A stretch of DNA of 64,000 bases from Atractiella rhizophila. Its lineage: Eukaryota. This document shows positions 51,051-64,000 of the stretch, piece after piece. Under the pieces are notes generated by a model that had not been told where the DNA came from, searched no databases, and worked only from the letters and a program-made list of their open reading frames with translations. Position numbers and translations under genes: made by a program. How positions within the stretch are numbered: position 1 is the stretch's first letter; each line of letters starts with the position of its first letter. Location: contig MU271337.1 of the NCBI GenBank assembly GCA_021432655.1, positions 1 through 64,000 on the forward strand. Reading direction: 5' to 3'.

Positions 51051-51574
51051 AGATTGGTTAAGCGACGATCATAAGCCAAATATCATCAAAGTCCTGTTTT
51101 TCTTGAATATCCTATCCACCTCCCTTGCCCCTTGATATTATATGATATTATCCTCCCGTCCGAAAAAGCGTCGAGAGGGTTTCTAGGCTTTATAAAATAG
51201 TACCTCGCGTCACTTCAAAAGAGCGACGGAGAAAATGGCCTAATGAAAAAAATGAAAGGTCCCTGCGGTGACAAATTGGTCGTCGTGCCTCTGGGCTGAT
51301 GCTGCTGGGGTGGTGCAGGTGCGGCTTGGGAGGGGGATATAGGGAGTACGGCGCTGTTGAGGGGGGTTGGGGAGGGTTCGTGGTTTGTTTGAGGTGGCGC
51401 AGATGAACGCCGGATATTACTGAATAGCGAACAAACCTTGTGAGTGAAACAGTACGTCACCCAACCTTATTCCGGGGCTCACATTTCCTTTTCCGGACGT
51501 CCGTGAATGAATGGGTCATAAGATTACAACACTACTACAGAATACTTCACGTGCGGTTCTGAATGAGTTCGAAG

Positions 51575-53241
51575 TCATCGAGGAGGCAGAACGACGTCCA
51601 ATAGATCCTCATCTTCAATGTCACAATCTCCAATCTCGTCGTCCTTACCTAACTTGTCCCCATCAAAACTTAGACTGCACCTGTCTAACCACTCCACTGG
51701 AAGCTGCTCCAACTTCAAGTAATGCTTCAGAAGCTGATTGACCGTCATCGTCTTCTTGACATTGAGACTATGAGCTCCTGATTTCGAACTTGTTCCTCTG
51801 AGAGTTATTCTGAGTGTGGGAACCGTAGACGGGGAGGAGTTAGTGGAAGCGACAGAAGGGTGGGGAGCAATCGAAGTGAAGTTCGATGTCGATGGCGCGG
51901 GCATTTCCCCTTCCGAAGAGTCCAGCAGTATGGGCTGCGCTTTGGTTGCAGGGGGCTTTCGGGGTGTTATCTCCGCTTCCGCTACAGAGGGAGCTCTCGC
52001 TTGAGGTCTGGCGAAATTGTCGCGACGACGGTGTTGTTCAAATTCAAAATCCTATCAAAAGTCAGTCTAGCTTCAAGGGAATGGCGCACATAACTTACAG
52101 AAAGTTTATACCCCTTGAATTTGACCTTGCCGAAGATGTCTAACACAAATGGTTAAATCATAATTACTTATAAGGGATGAAGTGCGTACTATTATGCATT
52201 GGTGTACTAAAATCGAAAACTTTTCGATCTTCCATGTCCGTAAGCACCAATTCGGTTTTGTCGACCCCCTTTTGGAGCGCCACTTGAGCGAAGACCGTTT
52301 CAAACCGTTCCGACTGTCCCTAGATCAGCAAAGAAGCTGCAGACGAAAGATGAGACGCACCCTCGCCATAGTGACCGTCATTGGTCTTTCGTACATCAAC
52401 ATGAACTTCCTCTTCTCTGGTAGATCTCGCCCAATAACCATCTTCATTGTCACCTCGATGTCTACAGTCTCTTCTTCCTCATCTGCCTCGCTTTCTTCCT
52501 CCGCAGAAGCCGTTGCGCTCTTGCTTCTCGCTCGAACAGGACTGGCTGATTCGGCAGACCCAGAGAGTTGACGATTAAGAGCTACGCGCTGCTGGATGTC
52601 GCGCAGTCGCGGGTTGAGGACCACATCAGTGTCTCCTACTCGCTCATCTTCGTCGTCGTCTCGCACATGAAAGATTGGTTGCGGAAGAATCGGTGGAAGA
52701 TCAAGAGCCACCAACCCGAATGGTTGAGGCGGTGGAGGTGTAATGGATAATTCACGCGCGTTCAAAGCCTCCTGAATGGCAGCTTCGCGCTCCTCGTCAG
52801 AATCTTCCAGACTGAACGGAACATTTATGGCTTGTACGTCTGCTTTAGAAGCTTTGACCCTCTTTCTCACTTAGGACAATTGGTCCAACCCATTGAATCA
52901 CGTAGAAAGACGTACAAATCCTCTATTCTTCTTCTCTTCGTTCCTCTCTTCGGCTTCTCTTCCTCACTTTCCGATCCGCTCCCACTCGATCCGCTCCCTC
53001 TTAATTTCGCATCAGGACTACTGCTCTTCTTCTTCGCTTTCCCGCGAACAGGCACTTTTGCACGCGGTTTACGAGTGAAAAAGTCGTCTTCTTCCTCAGA
53101 GACGTCTCTCGCGCGGCCTTTTCCCTTCGACTGTGCGACTGGAGAGGCTGAGGATGCAGGGATAGGGATGGCACCTGAGTCCTGAACTGCAGCGGCTCGA
53201 GCTCGTGGCTTGGGACGTCTTCTCTCGCCTTGAGGCGGCAT
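51575..53241 (-). CDS. Rad60/Esc2/NIP45-like protein with tandem SUMO-like domains
   Basis: EDDFF motif and acidic/basic N-terminus; SUMO-like segments IEVTMKM..FMLM and LRITLRG..LNVKKTMTVNQLLKHY..LSFDGDKL..IGDCDIEDEDLLDVVL. Confidence 0.85.
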
Positions 53242-53493
53242 AGCGTTACAATAGTAGGACGAAAGATGTTGAGGTGGTTGTCAGCTGCAAGCTTCAAGTT
53301 CCAGGCATCGGGAAGACGACTTCGAAGCACAACCAAGTTTCGCAGCTTCAGACTACAGTCTCAGCATCTCAGTTCTTTCTCTCATCCGAGTAGAATATTG
53401 TAAACATGGTGTGCTAAGTCAAGCGTGTATGTAAGACCTTCGTAGATTGTGGTAGCACACAAATGTTTGAAATATCATGAGAAAATCAACCAA

Positions 53494-55956
53494 TCACAAC
53501 TCGACCCTCGTCAATACCGCCCTTCTCTTCTTCTTCGGCTCTCCATCTTGTCCATCTGCTTCCTCCCTGTCCCTCTTTTGCACAGCAGGCAAGACCATTG
53601 GCAAGGGTGGTTGGGCCGAGGAATTTGGCTGTTTCCTATCCAATGACGGGTCATATTGAGGTATCGGATTCATTTGCACCCCGTTATAGTGCTCCCCTAG
53701 TTCTTCGACATCGAAGTATATCGCAGAGCAATATCCGTCCTGCGAAGCACAGATAATAGTTTGTCCATCGGGTGTCCTATATGGTGGGCAAGGATATTTT
53801 GGCCTCAGCACGTCACTGTAGAGAATCACAGGGAAACACGAACCATGACAGGTCCGTGAAGCTCGCACAATGCAGATTTCCAATCATACATAACGGCGCA
53901 GCCTGTTGAGTGTCATAGATATAAACCCCTTCGTGCGTCACGACAGCATAAATCATGCGGTAAGGAAGTTTAAATACGCTCGCGCACTCTTCCTCGTCCT
54001 GCCGTCCATCCCTGTTTCGTGACCTTCCTCGTGTTACGCCTCTCCTCAACTCCCACAATACAGGGTTGAACCTAACCGCGATACTTGTAGTTTTGTACCC
54101 TGTCAACTGGGCAACCGGAGGTTTGGCGATATTTCCCCTAGCATAGAGATAGACAGCAGGCTTCGGTCCTTCCTTCTCCTTCTCCTTTCGCTTACGCTTC
54201 TTCGTCCCACTTGCGCTGGGATCATGAGCTTCCTCTTCTGCCCGCATCTTCTGGAATGCAGCCGCCGGATCCTCCCACACTCCGGCAGGGGTGACAAGCA
54301 GTCCACCATCGACGGACCAAGAAAGACGGCGGAAGAAAGGAGTGGATTTCTCGTCGCCATACATCTTGAATACGGTCGTCGAGGGAGCGGGGGAAGGGGG
54401 AGGCTTGATGGCCGGCATGGGCATGGGAGAAGGAGAGCGACCGCGAGCGGTAGCTGACAGGCGAGGAGACTGTGTGAGGATGGATCCGCTTTGGGAGGAC
54501 TTTCGAGAGTGCGAGCGAGAATGGGGGTGGGCATGCGAGTTCGGTTTGGTAGGAGAGTTATGGAGGGAATGTGTTGGGAGGGGTGGAGGAGGGAGATCGA
54601 GGGTATTCGGGTTCAGTGCAGAAGCGGATGTGGAAGCTTGAGTGCTGTGATCCTGTAGAACCGAGATGGAGCTCTCACTCCTTCCACTTTCGGAAGCAAC
54701 AGAGACAGAACGCCTCAGAGACGGAGTCTTGAATTCTCCATGTCCAGGTGTAGGAGTAGGTAGCCCACTGATCCACGAGGAAAATGAGTTAGCAGGACGA
54801 TTTGCATTCGAAACTTCCATCTTCGTGTTCTTCCCTACTGTGTCAACATGCACTTCTCCATTCTCCTTCAGCGAGAGGGAGTAAATGTGCATCGACCTGA
54901 CTATCCGTCAAAATCAGAACACTTGTGAGAGATAACGGACCTGTCACTACTCTGTGTTGCTATGTACTGCCCCAAGGGATCCCAGGCGACACCTTGAACG
55001 TAATTGCTATGGTCTGTGATCTGGGCAATGCATTCGCCTGACCTTCACTTCAGGTGGAGAAGCAAAAGGTGGGGGAGCACGCACTATCGACAGTGTAGAT
55101 CCTAGCCGTATTGTCGGTGCAACCAGTGATGAATTTCTGTCCGTCTGGTGACCACGCAAGGTCATAAATCTGTCCATCGGTGTGAAGCCTGAATCACGTT
55201 TCACTTCCCACATTTAGCAGGCAGAGGGTTCCGCACTTAATAGCACTCTTAGCGCGCCAGAATTCGCGCTCAAATTCCTTTTCTTCCAACGCCACTGAAG
55301 TGTCCCACTGCAATTTGTCGGTTGGGACCCAGATGATGATGCAGCCATCTAACGGAGCATTCAGCAACTTTATTTCTTCGTGAGGTCAAGGACATGCCGT
55401 CTCCAGCTGATGCTAAGACCTCGGCTTTGGTCAAGAACAAATGTCAAATTGGTGCGAGAGGCGCGAGAAACGCGTCACCTTTTGGAGAGAACCGGACAAC
55501 GTTTACGACACTGGTGTGTTTTGCCAAAGTTGCCAGATATTCGACCCTTGAAAAGCTCATATTCGCTGGATTGCGGTCTAGCTTCGAGGTTGAAGTAGAA
55601 GCCTCTGGTTGTTGTGCCGCAGTGCTAGGGGGATGTACAAGCCATACCTGCCGTGCGTTCCAAAATCATTCAATCCCCTTGTCCCCACATCCAAGAGGGG
55701 AGGCAACGCACCCTGACTTTCTTATCGCCTCCAGCTGTAGCCATTTTCCAAATACTCTCGTACTGAACTGCCCCATGCTCCTGTCCTGACTTGGTATAAG
55801 GATGAAACTGTTTCCTGTACTGCGACCCAGGAGGAATCCGGCAGAAGTCGACTGAGAATATCGGTCTGAACGCTCCGAACATGAGTGTTGCGCATGGAGC
55901 ACAAATTGAACTCACTGATGGTCATGCCAGCGTATCTCGAGGGCTCGGACGCGCAT
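53494..55956 (-). CDS. CAC2: Chromatin assembly factor 1 subunit B (p60/Cac2), WD40 protein
   Basis: [108 protein letters not shown]. Confidence 0.92.
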
Positions 55957-56248
55957 TTTGAGCGACTTAAGCGATTGTGACGGCTGAATGGATGGCAGCC
56001 AGTCGCGTTCGGATCGGAAGCAAACAAGTAGCACGTGCAGCATTTTTGTCAAATTCACGAGGGGAGGCAAGCTACAACACTGAAAACCTGAAAACGACAA
56101 TAGCCTTAGATAGGCACAAGAATCAGTCCTTAGAAGTCTGAGGTCTGCAGAAGAGGCTTTGTGTATCTGTCAAAGTGGGTCCCTGTTCCCCTGCGAAGTT
56201 CCTGACCAAGGCAGTTAGGAATTAGCAACGGCACGTCGAGGAATAGAT

Positions 56249-57616
56249 ATGGATTCGGAACCTCCAACTCCAGGGTACCTTACTCCTAACGTCCATGGGG
56301 CACGAACACCAGGAAGAGCACGCTCTTCGTCTCTTATAAACCGCGTTCTGCTAGGGCCAAATCATCACAAAGTTCATCCATCCACTAAGCCTTTCCTGAA
56401 AGCTTTCATGGTCGGATACCTCTTCGACGTGCTCCCTAGACTACTCGGAATGTTTTTAAGGAAGAGCAAGAAATCCAGGAGAGGTTTCTGGTACTTGCTC
56501 GCTGCTATCAGGATTATCAGGGATGGATTCCGACCTGGTAGACTGGCTCTTAGCGCAGGAATATCTGTTCGTCCAGGTTGTGTTCATGAATTCTATTGCT
56601 TATCAATTGTGTTTACAGTTGGGAGGAGCCAAGTTTCTAGACGGTATTCTTCAGCAACAGTTAGCCAATTATCGTGAAAGCAACGGTCGGTCCAACGCTC
56701 TCTCTGCGAAGGACCAATACTACTCGTCCCTTACGGCTGCCAGCGCATCTTCCCTTATAGGGATCTCCATTCTGAAATCCCCATCCGAGTCTCTCTCTCT
56801 TACCCTATTCTCCCTCGTCAGAGCACTAGATACCGCTTTCCGTATCCTCTACCGCAAACTCTCAGCTTTGGAGGCGTTCGACTCGCAAAGATCGCAGGCC
56901 TTGTTAGATGAAATAGCGAAACTGGGAGACATCTTCTTGTTCTGGATTTCCAGCTGGAGGATTATGTGGGTGTGGTTTTACCAACCAGAACTTCTCCCGC
57001 CTTCCTATGTGCTTTGGATATCGAGACTCTCAAGAGTAGATCACAGGCTTCTCCAAGTCTTGCGACATGCGAGAGCTGGGGAATGGCAGTATGGCAAGCG
57101 GCCTATACCAGGAAGTGCGGCGGATTTGGTGACTACTGGATTGGCAAAGTCTATGGACATGCCCATTGAGTGCGTCTCAATTGCCCTGAACCGGAGTTGA
57201 AAATAAGAGAGATACTACCAGGCAAGTACGACCAGACTGTATCTCAACGTTACCATGTACCCTGGTCCATGGCCACACTACTGAAACTTCTAGCTGCGTG
57301 AGCAACGCCGCCCAAAGGTGGATGATTGGATGGCGCGATTCAATGTACATCTATCTACCTGTTCGTCTCCTTTCCCTCCGTCATCCTTAGCCTCTGTATT
57401 GAGAAAACGCACGCAGGTGCACCTCGTTCCACGCCTCCTCTTCATGTCTCCTCGAGCCTTCCTCAAGGACCCATTTAACTCCCTCCTCCTCCCCGTATTC
57501 AAAGGCTCTGCCCGCTCCTCTGCCTTCCTTGCCTCCTTTATAGCTTCCAATTGGTTCGGCATCTGCGTCGCTCGCACGCTAGTCGTCCCAAAACTCTTTC
57601 CGGTCTCTCAGAACTA
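56249..57616 (+). CDS. TMEM135-family membrane protein; 3' end lost in the gap
   Basis: LTLFSLVRALD, ISSWRIMWVWFYQPELLPPSYVLWI, LPCTLVHG, VHLVPRLL, GSARSSAFLASF. Confidence 0.8.
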
Positions 57617-58316
57617 NNNNNNNNNNNNNNNNNNNNNNNNNNNNNNNNNNNNNNNNNNNNNNNNNNNNNNNNNNNNNNNNNNNNNNNNNNNNNNNNNNNN
57701 NNNNNNNNNNNNNNNNNNNNNNNNNNNNNNNNNNNNNNNNNNNNNNNNNNNNNNNNNNNNNNNNNNNNNNNNNNNNNNNNNNNNNNNNNNNNNNNNNNNN
57801 NNNNNNNNNNNNNNNNNNNNNNNNNNNNNNNNNNNNNNNNNNNNNNNNNNNNNNNNNNNNNNNNNNNNNNNNNNNNNNNNNNNNNNNNNNNNNNNNNNNN
57901 NNNNNNNNNNNNNNNNNNNNNNNNNNNNNNNNNNNNNNNNNNNNNNNNNNNNNNNNNNNNNNNNNNNNNNNNNNNNNNNNNNNNNNNNNNNNNNNNNNNN
58001 NNNNNNNNNNNNNNNNNNNNNNNNNNNNNNNNNNNNNNNNNNNNNNNNNNNNNNNNNNNNNNNNNNNNNNNNNNNNNNNNNNNNNNNNNNNNNNNNNNNN
58101 NNNNNNNNNNNNNNNNNNNNNNNNNNNNNNNNNNNNNNNNNNNNNNNNNNNNNNNNNNNNNNNNNNNNNNNNNNNNNNNNNNNNNNNNNNNNNNNNNNNN
58201 NNNNNNNNNNNNNNNNNNNNNNNNNNNNNNNNNNNNNNNNNNNNNNNNNNNNNNNNNNNNNNNNNNNNNNNNNNNNNNNNNNNNNNNNNNNNNNNNNNNN
58301 NNNNNNNNNNNNNNNN
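57617..58316. other. Assembly gap (700 N)
   Basis: Run of N. Confidence 1.
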
Positions 58317-59803
58317 TCGTCCTTCTTAATACGTTCGATGAGATCGTTCTCCCCACCTTCCTCCTTCACGACCTTCGAAGCTTGATGAGAGAGCACTCGG
58401 ATTTTCTCGTGACAGACTTGTCGATCCGCTCCTTTCTTTACCATGGCCATGATGATATTTTCTGTCGCCATAAACGGGAGCTCTTGCTTGACGTGTCGCC
58501 GAATAATGGCGGGGTAAACGACAAGCCCCTCTGTGACGTTTTGAAGGACTGAAAGAATGATATCGGCTGTAAGAAANNNNNNNNNNNNNNNNNNNNNNNN
58601 NNNNNNNNNNNNNNNNNNNNNNNNNNNNNNNNNNNNNNNNNNNNNNNNNNNNNNNNNNNNNNNNNNNNNNNNNNNNNNNNNNNNNNNNNNNNNNNNNNNN
58701 NNNNNNNNNNNNNNNNNNNNNNNNNNNNNNNNNNNNNNNNNNNNNNNNNNNNNNNNNNNNNNNNNNNNNNNNNNNNNNNNNNNNNNNNNNNNNNNNNNNN
58801 NNNNNNNNNNNNNNNNNNNNNNNNNNNNNNNNNNNNNNNNNNNNNNNNNNNNNNNNNNNNNNNNNNNNNNNNNNNNNNNNNNNNNNNNNNNNNNNNNNNN
58901 NNNNNNNNNNNNNNNNNNNNNNNNNNNNNNNNNNNNNNNNNNNNNNNNNNNNNNNNNNNNNNNNNNNNNNNNNNNNNNNNNNNNNNNNNNNNNNNNNNNN
59001 NNNNNNNNNNNNNNNNNNNNNNNNNNNNNNNNNNNNNNNNNNNNNNNNNNNNNNNNNNNNNNNNNNNNNNNNNNNNNNNNNNNNNNNNNNNNNNNNNNNN
59101 NNNNNNNNNNNNNNNNNNNNNNNNNNNNNNNNNNNNNNNNNNNNNNNNNNNNNNNNNNNNNNNNNNTGGGCGGGCTGGAAATGAGTCCATCCAAGGCATT
59201 CCTGATGTTTCCACTTTTCGGCCCACTTCGAGAGTCTATCAATGACTACGACAAGTTTGGCGATGACCAAGTCGCAGGCATCTCGCAAAAAAATGAGATC
59301 GGCATTGTCTGTGACATAGCAAGAGGTAGCTCCGAGATGAATGATAGGTGCGGCTGTTGGACAGAGCGTCCCGAAGACATGGACGTGAGCCATAACATCA
59401 TGTCTACGTCTTTTTTCCTCTTGGGCTGCCAGTTCAAGCTGCTTCGCATCGATGGTCTGTCACAAACAACAATTGACAATTTTGCAATAAATCGTAGACA
59501 GAACCTTGCGCACGAGATGGTTTTCCATCTCTTCGATGGCTTTATCAGGAATGTCAAGTCCGAGTTCCTTCTCAGCAATGGCAAGATTCAGCCAGAGCTT
59601 TCTCCAAGTGCTGAATCGTTTCTATGTTCAATATTTATTCAGTCACAAGTCTGAGGAAGTTGAAAAGAACGTGCGCTAGAGGAAAAGAGATAAGACATCT
59701 CTGCGCTTGCATATCGGCTCGATAGCCTGGCTTCACGATCAAATACTTCAAGTTGAAATTGAGCAAGCAGTACTCACGGTGTTTGATATGAGTTGATCGT
59801 CAT
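58317..59803 (-). CDS. ADE13: Adenylosuccinate lyase, partial (interrupted by gaps)
   Basis: [93 protein letters not shown]. Confidence 0.96.
58577..59166. other. Assembly gap (590 N)
   Basis: Run of N. Confidence 1.
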
Positions 59804-60140
59804 ATTGTTTATATAAGGCTCAGGAACTACTCCTTAGATGGGAACTTCGACTTGAAAGGATGAAAGTAGAAGTGAGACGTGAGGACAAAAAGAAAGGTTG
59901 TGATGCTCGTTGATGACAGGATTTTTTCAAGCAACGCTTGGATGTTGCATCGTATGGACTGGGAACTGGCCATGTTCCTGCAGCTCGTATAGTACACTTG
60001 CAGTAAAATAGTCTTCCCACCTCATGTTTTAAGTTGTCTATACTTGACGTTGCCATCCAATCTGAGACTCCATACCAGTGAGCACTGCAATGCACAAAAT
60101 CTAAGGGTAAATTTCCACGCCGAAAAAACAGCTCCTGATT

Positions 60141-61988
60141 TTATATACCCCACAATACCTTCACTTCTCTCCCTACAACGTCCATTGTCTCCCGTCGATC
60201 CTTGACCTTGACCATCCTCCGTTCTTTTTGAAGAAGACCTTTAAGTTCTGCTGGCATGACATCCCTGTCAAATTCGAATTCTGTTTCGTCTTCAAGAGCG
60301 GCTGAGACGGCAGCTGAGAATTTGGCGGGATGAGCTGTGGAGAGAATGAGTTGCGTGCTGTCGATATCAAAAATGCCATCAACAATCAACAAACATCAAT
60401 GTTAAAACAGACGCACGAGCTCGACTTCACTCGGTTCGCGGCCGTCAATCCCACAGCTGTGTGAGGATCCACGACATAGGAGCCATATGTCTGCAGTCGA
60501 GGTTTGAAATAGTTTCGTATCGTCTCCTTCGTCTATGCAAACATTCTTAAACCAATTGCAATAGCAGATAAGATCAACGCACCTGCTCATCACTCACCCG
60601 CTCTGCACAAAAGTCTTCCTGCGCAGCCGTCCACACTTCTTTCGGAACCTCAAAGCGCCCAGTTGTCTTGAGGTCCTCCATCCAACATCTCACATATTCT
60701 CCAGCCTTTTCATTATCGCCACTGCATAATCGATCTCGTGCGAGATAGAATAACAAGCGCTCAAAATTGGAAGAAACAAGAATGTCCATTGCTGGCGACA
60801 ATGTCGCCTTGACGCCTCCATTCGGATCGCTGGAAGGCGGAGAAGTTGCTCCTTCAGCTTGGTCCTTGGCTGCGGCGTTCTTTTCGTATACTCCAGTCTT
60901 CCAAAACCTTTGGAGAATGTCGTTCTCGTTTGTCGCGATCACAAGTTTCCCAATTGGTAGTCCCAGTCTCTTTGCAAACCAACCAGCGAGCACATCCCCA
61001 AAGTTTCCTGTTGGAACTACAAAATCGATTTTGGGCAGAGAAGACGCAGGTATGTTTTGCGATTTGAGAACTGCAAAGTAGGAGGAGAAGTAGTAGGTGA
61101 TCTGTGCCAGAATTCGAGCCCAGTTTATCGAATTTACAGCTCCTAGATGATAGTGCTCGTTAAAGTCTTTGTCCGAGAACATCGATTTTAAGATTTCCTG
61201 ATACAATAAATCAGCTTCTAAACATAACAAAACGCTACTCTACCCACCTGACAATCGTCAAAGTTGCCTTTGACGGCGAGATTAAATACATTTTCATCTA
61301 GAACGCTGGTCATCTGTGCTTCTTGTATTTCAGATATCTTTCCCTCTGGATGTAGGATGAAAATGGCGACGTCTTGTTTGGATCGAAGACCGTAGATTGC
61401 AGCCCTGGCTCCAAAACGAATTTAGCTAGCCGTTAATGCGGTCAAGAATAAACTCACGATCCAGTATCCCCGCTGGTCGCTCCAACAACAGTCAAGCGTT
61501 CTCTATCCGCACTGTTCTCGTCCTTCCCTTCATTCTTTCTCTGAAGGAAGAACTCGAACAAGTTCCCAAGAAATTGTAGTGCAACATCCTTGAATGCCCA
61601 AGTCGGCCCCCACCAAAGTTCGACAGCCCATTGATTGTCTGATATACGTCGTATGGGAGCAACTTCGGGCGCTCGAAATTTGCCATGCGAGATAGCGTAG
61701 GTCTTCTCAAGGAGAGAGAGCAGCGTAGCATCTTCTATCGAGGATGACGGGATAAATAGCTTGAGGAGAGTATGCGCAAGCGCTGGAAATGAGAGAGTGG
61801 AAAAGCCATTGAGTTGTTCAGCTGTAAAAGGAGGAGGTAGCACCGAAGGAAGGAGCAGTCCGCCGTTCGAAGCCAGACCACGCAGGACAGCCTTGAACCA
61901 CCTTTAACCCAGTTCCTAGCGGCTAAAAGCCACGCACCTCTTCAAATGTAAGTCTCTCTGAGCCTCCTCTACTAGAAATGTACTCCAT
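60141..61988 (-). CDS. THR4: Threonine synthase, multi-exon
   Basis: MEYISSRG, GLASNGGL, GPTWAFKDVALQ, GATSGDTGS, AVNSINWARILAQ, VPTGNFGD, TLSPAMDILVSSNFERLL, DPHTAVG, LSTAHPAKF. Confidence 0.97.
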
Positions 61989-62194
61989 CTTTATTTGTCC
62001 TCTCGTCAAGCAAATTTACTGTCAGAATCGGGAAAAGTGATCGAGTCTTGCTGTAGATGTTGTCCGTTATCACGTGAAGCAGAAGCATTCATTGGTTCTG
62101 TCTCGAATCAGCTCGACTACATTGCCTACGTGCGCAGTAACTATTGGGTAAAAATACGTGAGATGTGCAATGATCGATAAATAATCATAGATTG

Positions 62195-64000
62195 TCATTT
62201 CCAATTTATCCATTTCCCACATCCAGCTGGACTCAGACAGAAGGCGTCCCTCCAAAGCCTTTGAACCGCAACATCGATGCTTTCCTCAATCCATTCCCAA
62301 TACTGCCAGTCCTGTTTTTCTCTCTCATTCAACACCTGATCAACGCGCGTTTCTAGGACGGGAAACTGCTCCCGCATATCCGTTCTTTCGAGTTTTGACC
62401 GAATCAGAGGACGCGGCTCGATTTGGGATTCAGAGGCTTTCCGAATTAGAAGATTGTAAATGGATTTGTGGACGGAATGGAGAAGAATCTGATGCATCGA
62501 GTTTGGCGAAATATACCTATATGAGCAGCTTAGCGATGGAAATGCAGAGAAGACGCAGACAGAACCGAACCAGAGAAAGAAAGTGCGTGAAACGTCACGT
62601 TGCGCACTGCGAGGTACCTCCTGTAACTCCAGCAAGTGCGCATTCGAAAGAGCACCAATTATGCTTCGAGCGTCCTTCGGGGCTAGAAAGCAAAGCTTCG
62701 CGATCTGAAAGCTGATGTCAACCGCCAACCTTCTCCACGTAAAAAGAAATGACGGACATGTTTCTCCTCCAGCTTCTTCTCACCCGTACCCTCTAACAAA
62801 AGCCTTACAATCCTTTTCGCCGCCCACCCCCACCGCTTATCTACGAACCCTTCCACAACCGACCTTCTCAGCATCTCACAGCACTTCCCATAATCAACAC
62901 GGTACCCCTCCGTCCCACCTTGCCCTATTGCTCCTGCTGTGCTCACGATAAATTGCGAATTGTTAAGATTCGAAGAGGAGGTCATTTCCGCTCCACCGCC
63001 ACATAGAATCGCGCACAGAGCAGTCAATGTGCTGTTAGGACTGACAGTCGCGCTGGCACAGATATCGCCGTACAGATCTGAGGAAGAAGGAAAAGCGGAG
63101 GAGAGATATTTGATGTCTTTTTTAGAGAACTTCGCTTGGAGGTCCCGCAAGGTGATGACACCGGATTTTGAACTGCCTGGTTCGATTGAGACAAGTTCAA
63201 AGATGCTAGAGTACGAAGCGTACCGCTGATATCATCTGCATACTTCTGATCGTCAATCTCAAGCATTGCTCGCATGACCGTAGCTACTTGTTCGTTATAG
63301 CGTTGAGTAACCATTTCCACAATAAGCTGGGAAAGTTGTTAGCTACAATAAGCGATATTAAGGAAATGTACCTCGTTTCTATAGAGCGCAGCGAACCGGG
63401 AATAAGAAACTCGAACAAATGCTTGCTCCTAAGAATTTATTAGTTATGATGTACCAACGAATCTCGACTGGGACGCACATCCACATCATCACCTTCTATT
63501 ACGTCCTCGTCCATCCTACCGCGCTGTCTGACGGGTGAGCAGAATTTGTATCTGGAGCGAAAACGCCTACCTTAGCTTTTTTTTCTCCCGTCCCATTGGC
63601 TTTCGCTTTCCGTTTCTACCGCTGATATTAGCCTCATCAGATTTCGAAAGAAAGAACAGCAAACCTTTCCGGTTGCAACACTATTATCGTAGTCCTCCTT
63701 TTCCATCATTGCAACCACCTCCTTCCTCATAGTCTCAATTTTCTTTGCACTCATCACCCCACCTCCCTTCGTCTGCTTCGCCGTCTCTTCCTTCTCCAAC
63801 GCCAGCTGTCGCTCCGTTAACGATACGTGCTCCAGACGGCTTGTGACCGAAAGAAAGCGCTCTTTGAGCATTGTGGATATCTGAGCCTTGACCGCTGACC
63901 TCCCTGTTGAATATTTATTCAGGTTAGACTAAACGAGGGACGATGCAAATAAACGTACTCTTCTTCTCCTTTGGCGTTGTCCCTGTCCCGCAAAAAGTGT
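62195..64000 (-). CDS. RPC82: RNA polymerase III subunit C82/RPC3, 5' part outside the window
   Basis: YRVDY, KRWGWAAKRIVRLL..KKLEEKH, KDARSII..LELQEVPRSAQRDVSRTFFLW and an Rpc82-type C-terminal helix. Confidence 0.88.

Noticed and set aside
57318..59654. Long ORFs containing X runs
   Set aside because: Artefacts of translating through the N gaps; the real genes are TMEM135-like (+) and ADE13 (-).
13133..61988. Biosynthetic gene cluster (TRP4, GSH2, ADE13, THR4, SDR, permease)
   Set aside because: Unrelated primary-metabolism genes scattered among housekeeping genes; no backbone enzyme or pathway regulator.
1..64000. tRNA, rRNA, snoRNA, CRISPR or intact transposase/RT genes
   Set aside because: No cloverleaf/T-loop context, spacer array or TE domains seen by eye; tRNAscan-SE and Infernal would be needed to exclude small RNAs.

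Overview
Gene-dense, intron-rich eukaryotic DNA from a fungus, most likely a basidiomycete (many ~45-60 nt GT-AG introns, short intergenic spacers). The species cannot be fixed from this window. It is a draft assembly with two N gaps (57617-58316, 58577-59166). About 26 protein-coding genes were reconstructed by hand-splicing the ORF track. Most are housekeeping: SRP19, PDK1/Pkh kinase, alpha-COP, TRP4, an SDR, NOT2, GLO3 ArfGAP, ENT3 epsin, ORC1, GSH2, an RGS/Rax1-like protein, an APC/ACT-family permease, a MYND finger protein, YIH1/IMPACT, mitochondrial uL11, an HSP20-domain protein, Rad60/Esc2, CAC2, TMEM135, ADE13, THR4 and RPC82. These are interspersed with lineage-specific F-box-like genes and relics. 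No tRNA, rRNA, CRISPR or intact transposon was recognised. The most notable observations are: (1) a spliced, polyproline-containing 29-aa uORF ending 11 nt before the permease start, whose intron retention would turn it into an ORF overlapping the main AUG (candidate metabolite/eIF5A-sensitive control); (2) a tandem pair of orphan genes built from an apparently duplicated small domain; (3) a 1.86-kb internal tandem duplication in the permease; and (4) two compensating frameshifts in the PDK1 PH domain. Items 3 and 4 may be assembly artefacts. All gene models and homologies are by-eye assignments; no database search was run.
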